Shown one piece after another: positions 8,117-18,142 of a DNA stretch of 52,405 nt. Within the stretch, counting starts at the first letter, position 1; the number at the start of each line of letters is the position of its first letter. The position numbers and the translations under genes were made by a program. The notes under the pieces are model-generated. The model was not told the origin of the DNA, did not search any database, and saw only the letters and a program-made list of their open reading frames with translations. This DNA is from Clostridia bacterium (GTDB lineage: Bacteria; Bacillota; Clostridia; Oscillospirales; CAG-272), in the NCBI GenBank assembly GCA_017462615.1, contig JAFTQT010000121.1, positions 1 to 52,405 on the forward strand, in the 5' to 3' direction.

Positions 8117-9528
8117 TATCTTCTTTTGTTTTTTTGTTGTTTTTTATTCAAATCCGGCATCATCTGTCGAAAAAGACGAATTGCACCCCAAGTTTCTTTG
8201 CGCAGTAAAAGCAAAACAAAGATGCAAATTCCCAAGGCTACCACGTAAGCCTCTCGGATAGAAAACAAGGATGCGCCAAGCAGCAATAAGGCAGCGGTGG
8301 TCACCTTGTACAGCCGCGTATCAAAGGGTAACAATAGGCGTACGTGATGAGCGCGCAAGATAAAGATCAAATAATAGGAGACCAGCGTCGCCATCGCGGC
8401 TCCCATGGCGCCTCCTTTGGGAATCCACCAAGCATTCAAAAGCAAATTACAAATGCCGCCTGTAAGCGTGGTCAAAAAGGACGAGCCAGAGCGCATTTTG
8501 ACCGTATAAACACTACCGAGAAAGGTCACGATACCGGAAAGCAGCGATGCTACCGCCAAAAAAGGCACATACTGCGCTGCCTGACTGTATCCCGTGGCAT
8601 ACAGGTGAGAAATTACCGGTTTTGCCGTAAGGATCACGACTGCGGCTATCATGGTAACCGCAGGTAGCATGGCTCCGTAAACGCGGTCAAACAGTTTTTC
8701 TCTCTCCTCCTTTTCGTGCAACGCAGCGTAATGCCAGGCCTCCATAAATACGCTGACACCCAACGTCAGAACAGCAGGAATACGTCCGGCTGCCGCGTAA
8801 AGACCTGTTACTGCCTCGCCATGAAAATGAAGCAGCACGTACCGATCCGAAACCGACATCACCCACCACAAAATCGCAGTCGGGATCAAGGGCAACGCAT
8901 AGCGCAGCATGCGCTCTCCAAGATCGCGCTTCAGCGCGCGCCGCGAAAACAATTTCCAAGGAGGCGCGTACATGACCAGCAGCAAACAGGTTGCCGCATC
9001 TCCCAAGATAATGGCCGCAAGATATCCTGGCACGCCAAGGTGCAAAACAGCCAAAAATAACAGTTCAAGAAGTGTAGTCAGAACGACGCAAAAAAACTGC
9101 TGTAACGCAAAAAGCCCATATTTACCTCGAGCGCGCAAATAATGAGCAAAAAAGCTACGCGCCACGGATGCTATCACATAAGGATAAAGCAGGTATCGAT
9201 ATGGAAAAAGAACCGATGAAAAGCGAAAAAGAGGCGCACACAAAAGAAATAGCAGCGTTCCCATCAGAGTCATGAGAAATCCACTTGAAAAAACAGCGCT
9301 CTCCTCTTCCCCTCCGGCGCAAAATCGAAAAACCGCCTCCGATGCATTTAGAGAAACCAACGGAATTAGCAGCACCGCAGTACTGACAACAATATCTACC
9401 ACTCCAAAATCAGCCGGTGTGAGAAATGCCGTATAGATCGGCATTAAAAAAAAGACCGCAATTTTGGAAAGTGCAGTCGATCCCCCTAACAGCAACGTGT
9501 GTCGCATCAACTTTTTTTCAGCTTGCAC
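8113..9528 (-). CDS. MOP/Wzx-superfamily polysaccharide or oligosaccharide flippase-like membrane protein
   Basis: About 470 aa with 12-14 predicted TM segments. The N-terminus LLLGGSTALSKIAVFFLMPIYTAFLTPADFG is typical of polysaccharide biosynthesis (PST/MOP) proteins. GTG at 9528 has GGAGGAGG upstream. Confidence 0.65.
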   Translation of the reverse strand: MQAEKKLMRHTLLLGGSTALSKIAVFFLMPIYTAFLTPADFGVVDIVVSTAVLLIPLVSLNASEAVFRFCAGGEEESAVFSSGFLMTLMGTLLFLLCAPLFRFSSVLFPYRYLLYPYVIASVARSFFAHYLRARGKYGLFALQQFFCVVLTTLLELLFLAVLHLGVPGYLAAIILGDAATCLLLVMYAPPWKLFSRRALKRDLGERMLRYALPLIPTAILWWVMSVSDRYVLLHFHGEAVTGLYAAAGRIPAVLTLGVSVFMEAWHYAALHEKEEREKLFDRVYGAMLPAVTMIAAVVILTAKPVISHLYATGYSQAAQYVPFLAVASLLSGIVTFLGSVYTVKMRSGSSFLTTLTGGICNLLLNAWWIPKGGAMGAAMATLVSYYLIFILRAHHVRLLLPFDTRLYKVTTAALLLLGASLFSIREAYVVALGICIFVLLLLRKETWGAIRLFRQMMPDLNKKQQKNKRRY

Positions 9529-9603
9529 GTGCGCCTCCTCCTTTCGCTTGCTTTCAATATTAATATGAACCGAAACTCAAGAAACACACGCGGCAAAATA
9601 TGC

Positions 9604-9640
9604 AAAAAAGATGCGGAGCCACGGCATCCGCATCTTTTTT
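9604..9640. terminator. Bidirectional-looking rho-independent terminator downstream of yebC
   Basis: Stem GATGCGGA / TCCGCATC with a 9-nt loop, flanked by A6 and T6. Confidence 0.8.
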
Positions 9641-9643
9641 GCA

Positions 9644-10375
9644 TTAGTCACAATTTTCCCAGTTGTGGTAGACGTTCATCACGTCGTCGTCCTCCTCCAG
9701 CATTTCCACAAGCAGCCCCATAAACTTCAGGTCATCCTCGGCAGTCAGCGTTACGGAGGTGGTAGGAATTTTATCCGGCTCGGCGGAAAGGATGGGATAT
9801 CCTGCCTCTGCCAGCGTTTCCTTTACGGCATAAAGATCATCGGGGGTGGTGTAGATTTCAAAAACGCCGTCGCCAGCGGCAAAATCCTCAGCCCCGGATT
9901 CCAATGCGGTTTCCATCAGCTTATCCTCGTCCACGTCGCCATCCTCGTTGTTCACGATGATCACGCCCTTATCCTCAAAGAGGAAGGACACGCACCCGGA
10001 GGTGCCCATGTTGCCATGGTACTTATTAAAATAGGAACGGATGTTACCAGCCGTACGGTTACGGTTGTCGGTGGTTGCCTCCACGATCACGGCAACACCG
10101 CCGGGACCGTAGCCCTCGTAGGTAACCTCTTCGTAATCCTCGCCCGTGCTGCCCATGGCCTTTTTGATAATGCGCTCAATGTTATCGTTGGGCACGTTGT
10201 TGGATTTTGCCTTCTGAATCAGATCGCGCAGCTTGGAGTTGGAGTTGGGATCACCGCCGCCAGCCTTGACGGCCACGGCAATCTCCTTGCCGATCTTGGT
10301 AAAGACCTTCGCCTTCTGCGCGTCGGTCTTTTCTTTCTTGTGCTTGATATTCGCCCATTTGCTATGTCCGGACAT
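9644..10375 (-). CDS. yebC: YebC/PmpR-family DNA-binding transcriptional regulator
   Basis: The N-terminus MSGHSKWANIKHKKEKTDAQKAKVFTKIGKEI is the family signature. Confidence 0.92.
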   Translation of the reverse strand: MSGHSKWANIKHKKEKTDAQKAKVFTKIGKEIAVAVKAGGGDPNSNSKLRDLIQKAKSNNVPNDNIERIIKKAMGSTGEDYEEVTYEGYGPGGVAVIVEATTDNRNRTAGNIRSYFNKYHGNMGTSGCVSFLFEDKGVIIVNNEDGDVDEDKLMETALESGAEDFAAGDGVFEIYTTPDDLYAVKETLAEAGYPILSAEPDKIPTTSVTLTAEDDLKFMGLLVEMLEEDDDVMNVYHNWENCD

Positions 10376-10387
10376 ACTTTATTCTCC

Positions 10388-12124
10388 TTAAATTTTTTCC
10401 ATAGTTTTCATGCAGATCAGCGGGAAAGCATTGCCCAATACCACGTTGACGGCGCGGGTCAGTGCCACGCGTGTCGCGCGCACAGTGGGATCCTCCGCAT
10501 TCAGGATCTGACAATTATGATAGAAGCGGTTGAAGGCCGCGGCTACGTCAAGAATGTAACGCGTAATAACCGAGGGCTCATAATCCGCAATGGCGGCATT
10601 TACCTTCTCCGGGAAGCGAGCCAGAACCTTCAGAAGAGCAGCCTCGTCATTTTCGGTGATCTGCAAAGGCATCTCCTCCACATTCCCCGCACGGCGCAGC
10701 ACGGCACAGGTGCGTGCGTAGGTGTACTGGGCATAGGGGCCGGTATTGCCGTCAAAATTGAGGGCATCCTCCATGACGAAGTTGATATCCTTGATACGGC
10801 TGTTGGAAAGATAGTAGAAGACAATGGCACCAACGCCAACGGCCTCTGCCACCTCCTTTTTGTTTTCAAGATCGGGATTTTTCTCCTCCATAATGCCTGC
10901 AACCTCGTCGATAGCGGCCTTGAAGAGATCCTTCAGCAGCACCACGTTTCCGGTTCTGGTAGCAAGCTTTGCACCGTTGATGCTGACCGTACCGTAGGGC
11001 ACGTGCACCAGCTGATCATGCCACTCATAGCCCATCAGCTCTACCACCTTGAACCACTGGGCAAAGTGGAGGCTCTGCCCCGCAGAGGTCACATAAATAG
11101 CCTTGTCAAAATTATAGGTATCCTTACGGTAAACCGCTGCAGCAATATCGCGGGTAGGATACAGCGTGGAGCCGTCTCGCTTGAGAATCAGGCACGGAGG
11201 CATATTGTAGGGCTCCAGATCCACGATGGAGGCGCCGTCATCGATTTTGAGAAGCCCCATGTCGCGCAGTTTCTGCACTTGCGCGGGCATTTTGTCGGTA
11301 TAAAAGCTCTCGCCCTTATAGCTATCAAATTCAATGCCCAGCTGTTTGTAGGTCTTTTGATACTCAGCAAGGCTGATGTCAATAAACCAACGCCAGAGTG
11401 CAAGATTTTCCTCGTCACCCAGCTCCAGCTTATGGAACTCTGCGCGGGCCGCGTCACCAAGTGTGGGATCGGCGGGAATCCCCTTTTCCTCATTGCCGGA
11501 AATGGCATTATTGATGCGCACGTAAAGCTCAACCAGCTTATCAATGCCGCCCTCCTCGATCTGCTGACGATTGCCCCATTTCTTATAGGCCACAATCAGC
11601 TTACCAAACTGGGTTCCCCAGTCACCGAGATAGTTGATGCCCACGCACTTGTAGCCTGCAAACTCGTGTAGCTTTTTCAGAGAATGACCGATCACGGTCG
11701 TGCCAAGATGGCCGATGTGGAAGGGCTTTGCCACGTTGGGGGAGGAATAATCCAGCACCACGGTCTTGCCACAGCCTACATTGCTGGCGCCGTAGCGATC
11801 ACCAGCCTCAAGAATACCGCCTAGCACAGTTTCTGTCAGGTACCCATTCGAAATTGTAATGTTCAAATAGCCGTTAACAGCCTCGGCCTTGCCTACGCAG
11901 GGCAGCCCCCCAAGGCAATCTGCCAGTGCTGCTGCGATCTGCACCGGAGCGCGGCGCAAGGTACGAGACAGCTTAAAGCAAGGCAAGGCAAGGTCGCCCA
12001 TGTTGTCATCGGGCGGATATTCCAGCATCGCGGCAAGCTCCTCTACCGTCGGCGCAGCGGGAACACCAAGGGCAGCAATCCCCTCGGAGAGACGCTCAGC
12101 AATCATTTTTTTGATAGTCAGCAT
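10388..12124 (-). CDS. argS: Arginine--tRNA ligase
   Basis: 578 aa with the class I HIGH motif in context (SSPNVAKPFHIGHLGTTVIGHSL) and a C-terminal anticodon-binding DALR-type domain. Confidence 0.9.
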   Translation of the reverse strand: MLTIKKMIAERLSEGIAALGVPAAPTVEELAAMLEYPPDDNMGDLALPCFKLSRTLRRAPVQIAAALADCLGGLPCVGKAEAVNGYLNITISNGYLTETVLGGILEAGDRYGASNVGCGKTVVLDYSSPNVAKPFHIGHLGTTVIGHSLKKLHEFAGYKCVGINYLGDWGTQFGKLIVAYKKWGNRQQIEEGGIDKLVELYVRINNAISGNEEKGIPADPTLGDAARAEFHKLELGDEENLALWRWFIDISLAEYQKTYKQLGIEFDSYKGESFYTDKMPAQVQKLRDMGLLKIDDGASIVDLEPYNMPPCLILKRDGSTLYPTRDIAAAVYRKDTYNFDKAIYVTSAGQSLHFAQWFKVVELMGYEWHDQLVHVPYGTVSINGAKLATRTGNVVLLKDLFKAAIDEVAGIMEEKNPDLENKKEVAEAVGVGAIVFYYLSNSRIKDINFVMEDALNFDGNTGPYAQYTYARTCAVLRRAGNVEEMPLQITENDEAALLKVLARFPEKVNAAIADYEPSVITRYILDVAAAFNRFYHNCQILNAEDPTVRATRVALTRAVNVVLGNAFPLICMKTMEKI

Positions 12125-12174
12125 ATAAAACCTCTTTTTGCTTCTTTCACGCCGATATGCAGCGCGAACAAGTT

Positions 12175-12203
12175 ATTATATAACAAATTTTCTCAATAAT
12201 CAA
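12175..12203 (-). promoter_or_regulatory. Putative sigma-A promoter of argS
   Basis: On the minus strand: TTGATT, 17 nt, TATAAT. The leader is only about 45 nt, too short for a T-box. Confidence 0.4.
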
Positions 12204-12224
12204 GGGATTTTACAAATTTTTCAA

Positions 12225-13568
12225 TTATTCGCCCGCAACGGAGATATCACGCACCATCATAGCAGGGGCGGCACTCATAGAAAAGCCACAGGTTCCTGCC
12301 TCCACCTCGGAGCCGACGGCCTCGATATTCTTCAAAAGGTCAAAGAAATTACCGGCGATCGTAAACGCCTTGACGGGCCCGGCCTTCTTGCCATCCTTGA
12401 TGGCAAATCCGGCACTTTCAATGGAAAAATCACCGGTCACAGCGTCACAGCCCGCGTGAAGCCCTTTCATCTCGGTGATATAGATGCCGTCACCAACTCT
12501 TGCAAAAAGCTCTTCCAACGTATCCGTTCCGGCCTCGATGGCACGGCAATAGCCGCGGATAGCCACGGGATCGGCATAGGAGCCGCGACCGGCATTGCCG
12601 GTAGACCGATTTCCGGTCTTCTTCGCGGTGGTCAGATCGTACAGCAGCGTTTTCAGCACGCCTTTTTCGATCAATGCCTTCTTGTAGGTGGGCACGCCCT
12701 CTGCATCAAAGGGCATCTGCATCGTGTTTGCGGGGTAAAAAGGATCATCATATACCGTCAACGCAGAAGAAGCAACGGCGGTTCCCTCCTTGCCCTTCAG
12801 CAGCGACAGGCCAAGCATAGCGCTCTTACCGCTGAAAATACCACCAAAGGTGGAAAATAGCGTACGCACCTCCTTGGCAGAGAACACCACATTATATTTT
12901 CCGGTCTTCACACCCTTGCCGCCAAGTCGTTCAATGGCTTCTGCCACGGCCTTTTCGGCGATGCCGGATTTTGCGGGATCAAGCTCAGAGGACATATCCG
13001 CGCCATAAGAGGGCTCTTTACCGTCGTTGATGACAGCCTCGGCGTAGGAATAACGCATAGCAGCGCTATGAGAAAGCGAAAGGCCACGGGAATTGGCGAG
13101 GGAAACCGTCACCTCGATTGCACCGGCGGCGGTGGAGGTGCCGTCGGTCACAAGATCACTGGCACTGTAAATACGCTCCTGCAGCTCCATTGCCGTGCGA
13201 CGCAGCTCTGCAGCAGTTGGCAGCTCCGCTTTTTCTGCGGCAACCTTGCCGTAAGCATCCCCCTCACCGGGCAGAAAGAAGATAGGCTCCTCGTCCGCAT
13301 CCACCAACGCGGCGTTGGCGATGGCGCGAGGGATCAAGGCCTCCAGCTCCGCCTTGGTCATACACTCGGTAGAAGCAGAGCCGATCTTTCCCTCCACCGC
13401 ACAGCGGAAGGAGACGCCACCTGCATTACCAAAGGCAGAGGCATTGGGCTCGCGATTCAGCGCGTCGGCAGAGGCATCTGTCGAAACGCGATAATATACG
13501 TCGTAATCCTTCAGCCCCGCACGATCAGCGGCAGCAAACAGGATATTCTTCATTTCCTGGAAATTCAT
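12225..13568 (-). CDS. pmbA: TldE/PmbA-family metalloprotease subunit
   Basis: 447 aa, paired with and overlapping the upstream tldD gene. The C-terminal GDFS...G..I.DGK block is typical of PmbA/TldE. Confidence 0.8.
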   Translation of the reverse strand: MNFQEMKNILFAAADRAGLKDYDVYYRVSTDASADALNREPNASAFGNAGGVSFRCAVEGKIGSASTECMTKAELEALIPRAIANAALVDADEEPIFFLPGEGDAYGKVAAEKAELPTAAELRRTAMELQERIYSASDLVTDGTSTAAGAIEVTVSLANSRGLSLSHSAAMRYSYAEAVINDGKEPSYGADMSSELDPAKSGIAEKAVAEAIERLGGKGVKTGKYNVVFSAKEVRTLFSTFGGIFSGKSAMLGLSLLKGKEGTAVASSALTVYDDPFYPANTMQMPFDAEGVPTYKKALIEKGVLKTLLYDLTTAKKTGNRSTGNAGRGSYADPVAIRGYCRAIEAGTDTLEELFARVGDGIYITEMKGLHAGCDAVTGDFSIESAGFAIKDGKKAGPVKAFTIAGNFFDLLKNIEAVGSEVEAGTCGFSMSAAPAMMVRDISVAGE

Positions 13569-14947
13569 CAGCGACCTCCCACAGTAATTTTTTTCACGCG
13601 AATAAGGGGCTGGCCCACGTCGGTAGGCACGCTACCGGAGGCGGAGCCGCACATGCCCTGGCCCGTGGCCAGATTTTGGCCCACCATATCGATATCCTGC
13701 AAAATTTCAGCACCCGTTCCGATGAGAGCCGCGCCGCGCACAGCCTCGCAGATCTTGCCATTGCGGACGATATAACCCTCCTTGACGGAGAAATTAAACT
13801 CACCAGTCAAGGGATTCACGGAGCCACCGCCCATTTCCTTGGCGTAAAGGCCGTATTCCATGGAGGCAATGATATCCTCATTTTTATCGGGGCCGTTGGC
13901 AATAAAGGTATTGGTCATCCGGGAGGTAGGCTCGTAGGTGTAATTTTCGCGTCTGCCGGAGCCGGTCATGGGCATACCCATACGGCGGGAGCCAAGGCGG
14001 TCGATCATATAACTCTTCAGAACACCGTTTTCGATCAGTACGTTGCGTGTGGAGGGCGTGCCCTCATCGTCAATATTGAAGGAACCCCAGCCGCCAACGA
14101 TGGTGCCATCGTCAATGGCGGTCACCTTGGGATTGGCGATCTGCTGTCCAAGCTTACCGGCCATCTGCGAGGCGCCGATACCAACGGAGGTTGCCTCCAG
14201 GGAGTGACCGCAGGCCTCGTGGAAAATAACGCCGCCAAAGCCGTTTTCAATGGCAACCGTCATGGTGCCGGCAGGACAATACACCGCACCGAGATTAGTC
14301 AGCGCCTGCTTGGCAGCCCGCTCACCGATAGACTTGGGCGTTACGGTATCGAAGAATTCCACGCCGACGCCTCCACCCGGGCCAAAAAAGCCGGATTGGT
14401 TTTCGTTGCCGTCGCTGGCAACGGCAGAAACCGCAAGGCGCGTTCTGATCTTGCGATCCTCACGACAAAGCCCCTCGGTATTGGCCACAAGAATGGAGCG
14501 GTCGGTATCCAGATAAGAGCCCTCCACCTGTACGATCTTCTCATCCACGGCAGAGGCTGCGCTGCAGGCAACGCGCAGGATATCGGCCTTTTCCTTGGTA
14601 GGCACGTCATCGGGGTAATGCTTGATCTGCTGGCGGTTCACCACCACATCGGGCGTGAGACTGATATTTCTCTTGCCGTTCCCCTCCCCCACAGCTCCCG
14701 CTACAGCCGCAGCGCAGGAAAAGAGCCCCTCGCGGCTGGTATCGGAGGTGGAGGCATAATAGGTCTTTGTGCCACAGAAAGCACGAATACCAACGCCGGA
14801 GATCACCTGATCGCGGATCGACTCAACCTTGCCGGAAACGTAATTCACGCGCGTAATATGCTCGCGCTCAGCAAAGACCTCAGCAAAATCTCCGCCGGTG
14901 GAAACGGCAATAGAGAGGAGGTCGCTTAACAGTTCTTTGTTTATCAT
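13568..14947 (-). CDS. tldD: TldD-family metalloprotease
   Basis: 459 aa with the HExxxH site in FHEACGHSLE, followed by the conserved GxC/GxG C-terminal region. Confidence 0.85.
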   Translation of the reverse strand: MINKELLSDLLSIAVSTGGDFAEVFAEREHITRVNYVSGKVESIRDQVISGVGIRAFCGTKTYYASTSDTSREGLFSCAAAVAGAVGEGNGKRNISLTPDVVVNRQQIKHYPDDVPTKEKADILRVACSAASAVDEKIVQVEGSYLDTDRSILVANTEGLCREDRKIRTRLAVSAVASDGNENQSGFFGPGGGVGVEFFDTVTPKSIGERAAKQALTNLGAVYCPAGTMTVAIENGFGGVIFHEACGHSLEATSVGIGASQMAGKLGQQIANPKVTAIDDGTIVGGWGSFNIDDEGTPSTRNVLIENGVLKSYMIDRLGSRRMGMPMTGSGRRENYTYEPTSRMTNTFIANGPDKNEDIIASMEYGLYAKEMGGGSVNPLTGEFNFSVKEGYIVRNGKICEAVRGAALIGTGAEILQDIDMVGQNLATGQGMCGSASGSVPTDVGQPLIRVKKITVGGR

Positions 14948-14981
14948 AATTGCTCCTTATAAGCGTTATTTTCTTTCAGAA

Positions 14982-16124
14982 TCAGTCCGGATGCCGCTCT
15001 CCGAGAATCAGGCGATATTTTTGATAAAAGCTTTCGAAATAATCGCCGTCCAGCGCATCGCGGATCTTTTGCGTCAGATCGTTGTAAAAATACAGATTAT
15101 GCGTAACCGCAAGGCGCATGCCGAGAGACTCCTTAGCCTTCAAAAGATGACGAATGTAGGAGCGGGAGTAATGACGGCAGGCGGGACAATCGCAGCCCTC
15201 GTCGATGGGACGGGGGTCGCGGGAGTATTTTTCGTTTAGCAGGTTGATCTTGCCGTGCCAAGTGAAAAGATTGCCATGACGGGCATTGCGGCTGGGCATG
15301 ACGCAGTCAAAAAAGTCCACACCAAGATGTACAGCCTCCAGGATATTGCAGGGCGTACCTACACCCATCAGATAGCGGGGCTTATTTTCCGGCATGTGCG
15401 GTTCCACTGCGTCGATAATGCGATACATTTCCTCGGTTTCCTCTCCTACGGCAAGTCCGCCGATGGCGTAACCGTCCAGATCCAGCTCTCTGATCTGCTG
15501 CATGTGTCTCACACGCAGATCCTCATATACGCCGCCTTGATTGATGCCAAACAGCATCTGATGGGGGTTAATGGTATCCGGCAGGCTGTTGAGACGTGCC
15601 ATTTCCGCCTTGCAGCGCACCAGCCAACGGTAGGTGCGAGCAATGGAATCCTCCACGTATTTGTAGGGCGCAGGATTTTCGATACATTCGTCAAAGGCCA
15701 TTGCGATGGTAGAGGCAAGATTGGATTGGATCTGCATACTTTCCTCCGGCCCCATAAAAATGCGCTTACCGTCCACGTGAGAGGCAAAGCGTACGCCCTC
15801 CTCGGTAATCTTGCGCAGCTGGGCAAGAGAAAATACCTGAAATCCACCGCTGTCGGTCAGAATGGGCTTTTTCCAATTCATAAACTTATGCAAACCGCCC
15901 ATTTCCTTGATGAGCCCGTCACCGGGACGCAGATGGAGGTGATAGGTATTGGAAAGCTCCACCTGGCAGTTGATCTCTTCAAGCTCCACGGTAGAAACAC
16001 CGCCCTTGATGGCAGCACAGGTACCTACGTTCATAAACACGGGGGTCTGGATGTCACCGTGCACGGTATGCAGCACGCCACGTCTGGCACGGCCATCCTT
16101 CTTTTTCAATTCATAATTTGACAT
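14982..16124 (-). CDS. tgt: Queuine tRNA-ribosyltransferase (tRNA-guanine transglycosylase)
   Basis: Contains RRGVLHTVHGDIQTPVFMNVGT, LTDSGGFQVFSL and the zinc site CDCPACRHYSRSYIRHL. Confidence 0.95.
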   Translation of the reverse strand: MSNYELKKKDGRARRGVLHTVHGDIQTPVFMNVGTCAAIKGGVSTVELEEINCQVELSNTYHLHLRPGDGLIKEMGGLHKFMNWKKPILTDSGGFQVFSLAQLRKITEEGVRFASHVDGKRIFMGPEESMQIQSNLASTIAMAFDECIENPAPYKYVEDSIARTYRWLVRCKAEMARLNSLPDTINPHQMLFGINQGGVYEDLRVRHMQQIRELDLDGYAIGGLAVGEETEEMYRIIDAVEPHMPENKPRYLMGVGTPCNILEAVHLGVDFFDCVMPSRNARHGNLFTWHGKINLLNEKYSRDPRPIDEGCDCPACRHYSRSYIRHLLKAKESLGMRLAVTHNLYFYNDLTQKIRDALDGDYFESFYQKYRLILGERHPD

Positions 16125-16168
16125 AACGATCCTTTCGACGTCGGGAGAACAGCCCGACCGAGTATTTT

Positions 16169-18130
16169 TTAAGTGCGCTTGAATTGGCGGTCAATGGCCG
16201 CGTGCGACAGTTCCATGGCCACGGGCCTACCGTGCGGGCAAACCGTGATATCCGGCAGCTCCATCAGCTTTTTGCAAAGCCATTCGATATGCTCGGGCGG
16301 ATATTCCCTGCCCGCCTTAATGGCAGCCTTGCAGGCACCTTGATACAGCGCCTTTTCAAACAGAATATCACGGGTCAGCTTGGCGCTTCCGTTTTCCTGT
16401 CCCAGCGTCACGGGTAGAGTGCTGATCAGCTCCGCAGCAGCGGCAGGCTCCAGCCCCTCCGGAATTTCGCTGACGCTGATGGCGTGCTCCTTGGCCGTAA
16501 AGGCGAAGCCAATGGCTTCGACCTCGCCTCGGTAAGCCTCTAACAGCCCAACATCCTCTGCAGACATTGAAATTTGCATGGGCAGCATCAGAATTTGCGT
16601 GGCGTCGGTACGTTCCCGCATCCGCGCACGCAGATTTTCGAAGAGCACCCGCTCGTGAGCGGCATGCTTATCGATCAACAAAAGCTTATCGTCACATTCC
16701 ACGATTACGTAGGCGTGGAAGGCCTCGCCAATGATGCGCCAAACCGGCCTTGCAACCGGTATGGGATCCGGATCTCGCCGCGGAATAGCGGGCGCCGATA
16801 TCGGCTCCGGCTCTTTGACAGGTGCGGTTACAGGTACAGACGTAACCGCAGACGCTGCAGAAAAGCCTGGCCGTGGAATCGGTGCGACGCGCTCCTTTTC
16901 CTCACTCTTTGTATTTCGCTGATAAGCACTGGGAGCCGAAAGTCCTCCTTTAGAGGAAGTGGTACCGTATTGATTGGCATATGTCGCCGCGCTCATGTGG
17001 GCAAACGCTTCGCTCGGCCGAGCGGAGCCATGATCAATGGTGATCTGTCTTGCCGCAAGTGATTCCCGCTTTCCTTCTTCTATGGGGGCAAAGGCGTTAG
17101 TGGCGCTGGGTGCCGGCTTCAGCTGCAGACCCGGCCTTGCCTCGTTTTCCTCCAGTGCCGTACGCACGGCGGAATACACCGCCTCAAACACCGGCCGTTC
17201 ATTGGAGAACTTCACCTCCAGCTTGGCGGGATGCACGTTCACATCCACTGCTGCCGGATTGATGATGATGTTCAACACGCAGCAAGGGAATTTTTCCGGC
17301 GGAATATAGGAAGTATACGCCTGCTCCAGCGCTGCTGCGGCAGTACGGCAATTCACGTATCTGCCATTGATAAAGAAATTCTCATAATTGCGCTTGGGGC
17401 GCACGTTATCGGAGCGACCGATAAAGCCCTCCACGGTAACGCTTTCCCCTTCGCCCTTCACCGGAATCATCCGTTGCACAAAATCGCGACCGAATACCGC
17501 ATACATCGCAGAGCGCAGGTTCCCGTCACCGGCAGTATCCAGCTTCATATTTCCGTCGATAATCAATCGAATGGCAATGTCCGGACGAGAAAGCGCGATC
17601 TTTTCCACGTACGTGCTGACCGCAATGGCTTCAGAAACATCCTTTTTAAGGAATTTTCTTCTCGCCGGTACGTTGCCGAAGAGATTCTCCACGATCACCG
17701 TAGTACCTACGGGACATCCCTGCTCGGTAATTCCGATTATTTCCCCGCCCTTTGCCTCCAGCTTGGAGCCGTAGGGCGCGTCAGCCGTGCGAGTGATGAT
17801 GCGAAGATCCGAAACCGAAGCAATGGCAGCCAGCGCCTCACCACGGAATCCAAGCGTTGCGATACCATCAAGATCGGCGGCATCCTTTATTTTACTGGTA
17901 GCGTGGCGGCGAATGGCCACGGGCAGATCCTCTGCCGACATGCCTGAGCCATTGTCCGCGACGCGCATAAAGCTGACGCCACCGTGCTGGATCTCCACCG
18001 TCACGCGAGTAGCGCCGGCATCAATGGCATTTTCCAGCAGCTCCTTGATGACCGAGGCGGGTCTGTCTACAACCTCGCCTGCGGCAATCAGATTGGCTAC
18101 CGCAAAGGAAAGCACATTGATCTTTCCCAT
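16169..18130 (-). CDS. mutL: DNA mismatch repair protein MutL
   Basis: N-terminal GHKL ATPase motifs (IAAGEVVDRPASVIKELLENAIDAG, DNGSGM), a proline-rich linker and a C-terminal dimerisation/endonuclease domain. Confidence 0.95.
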   Translation of the reverse strand: MGKINVLSFAVANLIAAGEVVDRPASVIKELLENAIDAGATRVTVEIQHGGVSFMRVADNGSGMSAEDLPVAIRRHATSKIKDAADLDGIATLGFRGEALAAIASVSDLRIITRTADAPYGSKLEAKGGEIIGITEQGCPVGTTVIVENLFGNVPARRKFLKKDVSEAIAVSTYVEKIALSRPDIAIRLIIDGNMKLDTAGDGNLRSAMYAVFGRDFVQRMIPVKGEGESVTVEGFIGRSDNVRPKRNYENFFINGRYVNCRTAAAALEQAYTSYIPPEKFPCCVLNIIINPAAVDVNVHPAKLEVKFSNERPVFEAVYSAVRTALEENEARPGLQLKPAPSATNAFAPIEEGKRESLAARQITIDHGSARPSEAFAHMSAATYANQYGTTSSKGGLSAPSAYQRNTKSEEKERVAPIPRPGFSAASAVTSVPVTAPVKEPEPISAPAIPRRDPDPIPVARPVWRIIGEAFHAYVIVECDDKLLLIDKHAAHERVLFENLRARMRERTDATQILMLPMQISMSAEDVGLLEAYRGEVEAIGFAFTAKEHAISVSEIPEGLEPAAAAELISTLPVTLGQENGSAKLTRDILFEKALYQGACKAAIKAGREYPPEHIEWLCKKLMELPDITVCPHGRPVAMELSHAAIDRQFKRT

Positions 18131-18142
18131 GCATTCACCTCC

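Noticed and set aside
8027-8261. Small plus-strand ORFs (73 aa) lie over the L-box and the flippase 3' end.
   Set aside because: They overlap a well-supported riboswitch and promoter on the other strand. They have no RBS and no motif.
9611-11671. A 686-aa ORF on the plus strand lies across yebC and argS.
   Set aside because: The same codon-aligned antisense artefact applies: all three frames share the same phase. The product has no recognisable domain, and the minus-strand genes are canonical.
16125-16168. The hairpin GTCGGG-N7-CCCGAC lies between mutL and tgt.
   Set aside because: On the coding (minus) strand it is not followed by a U-tract. The T-run follows it only on the non-coding strand. 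It is probably not a functional terminator, so mutL-tgt are likely co-transcribed.
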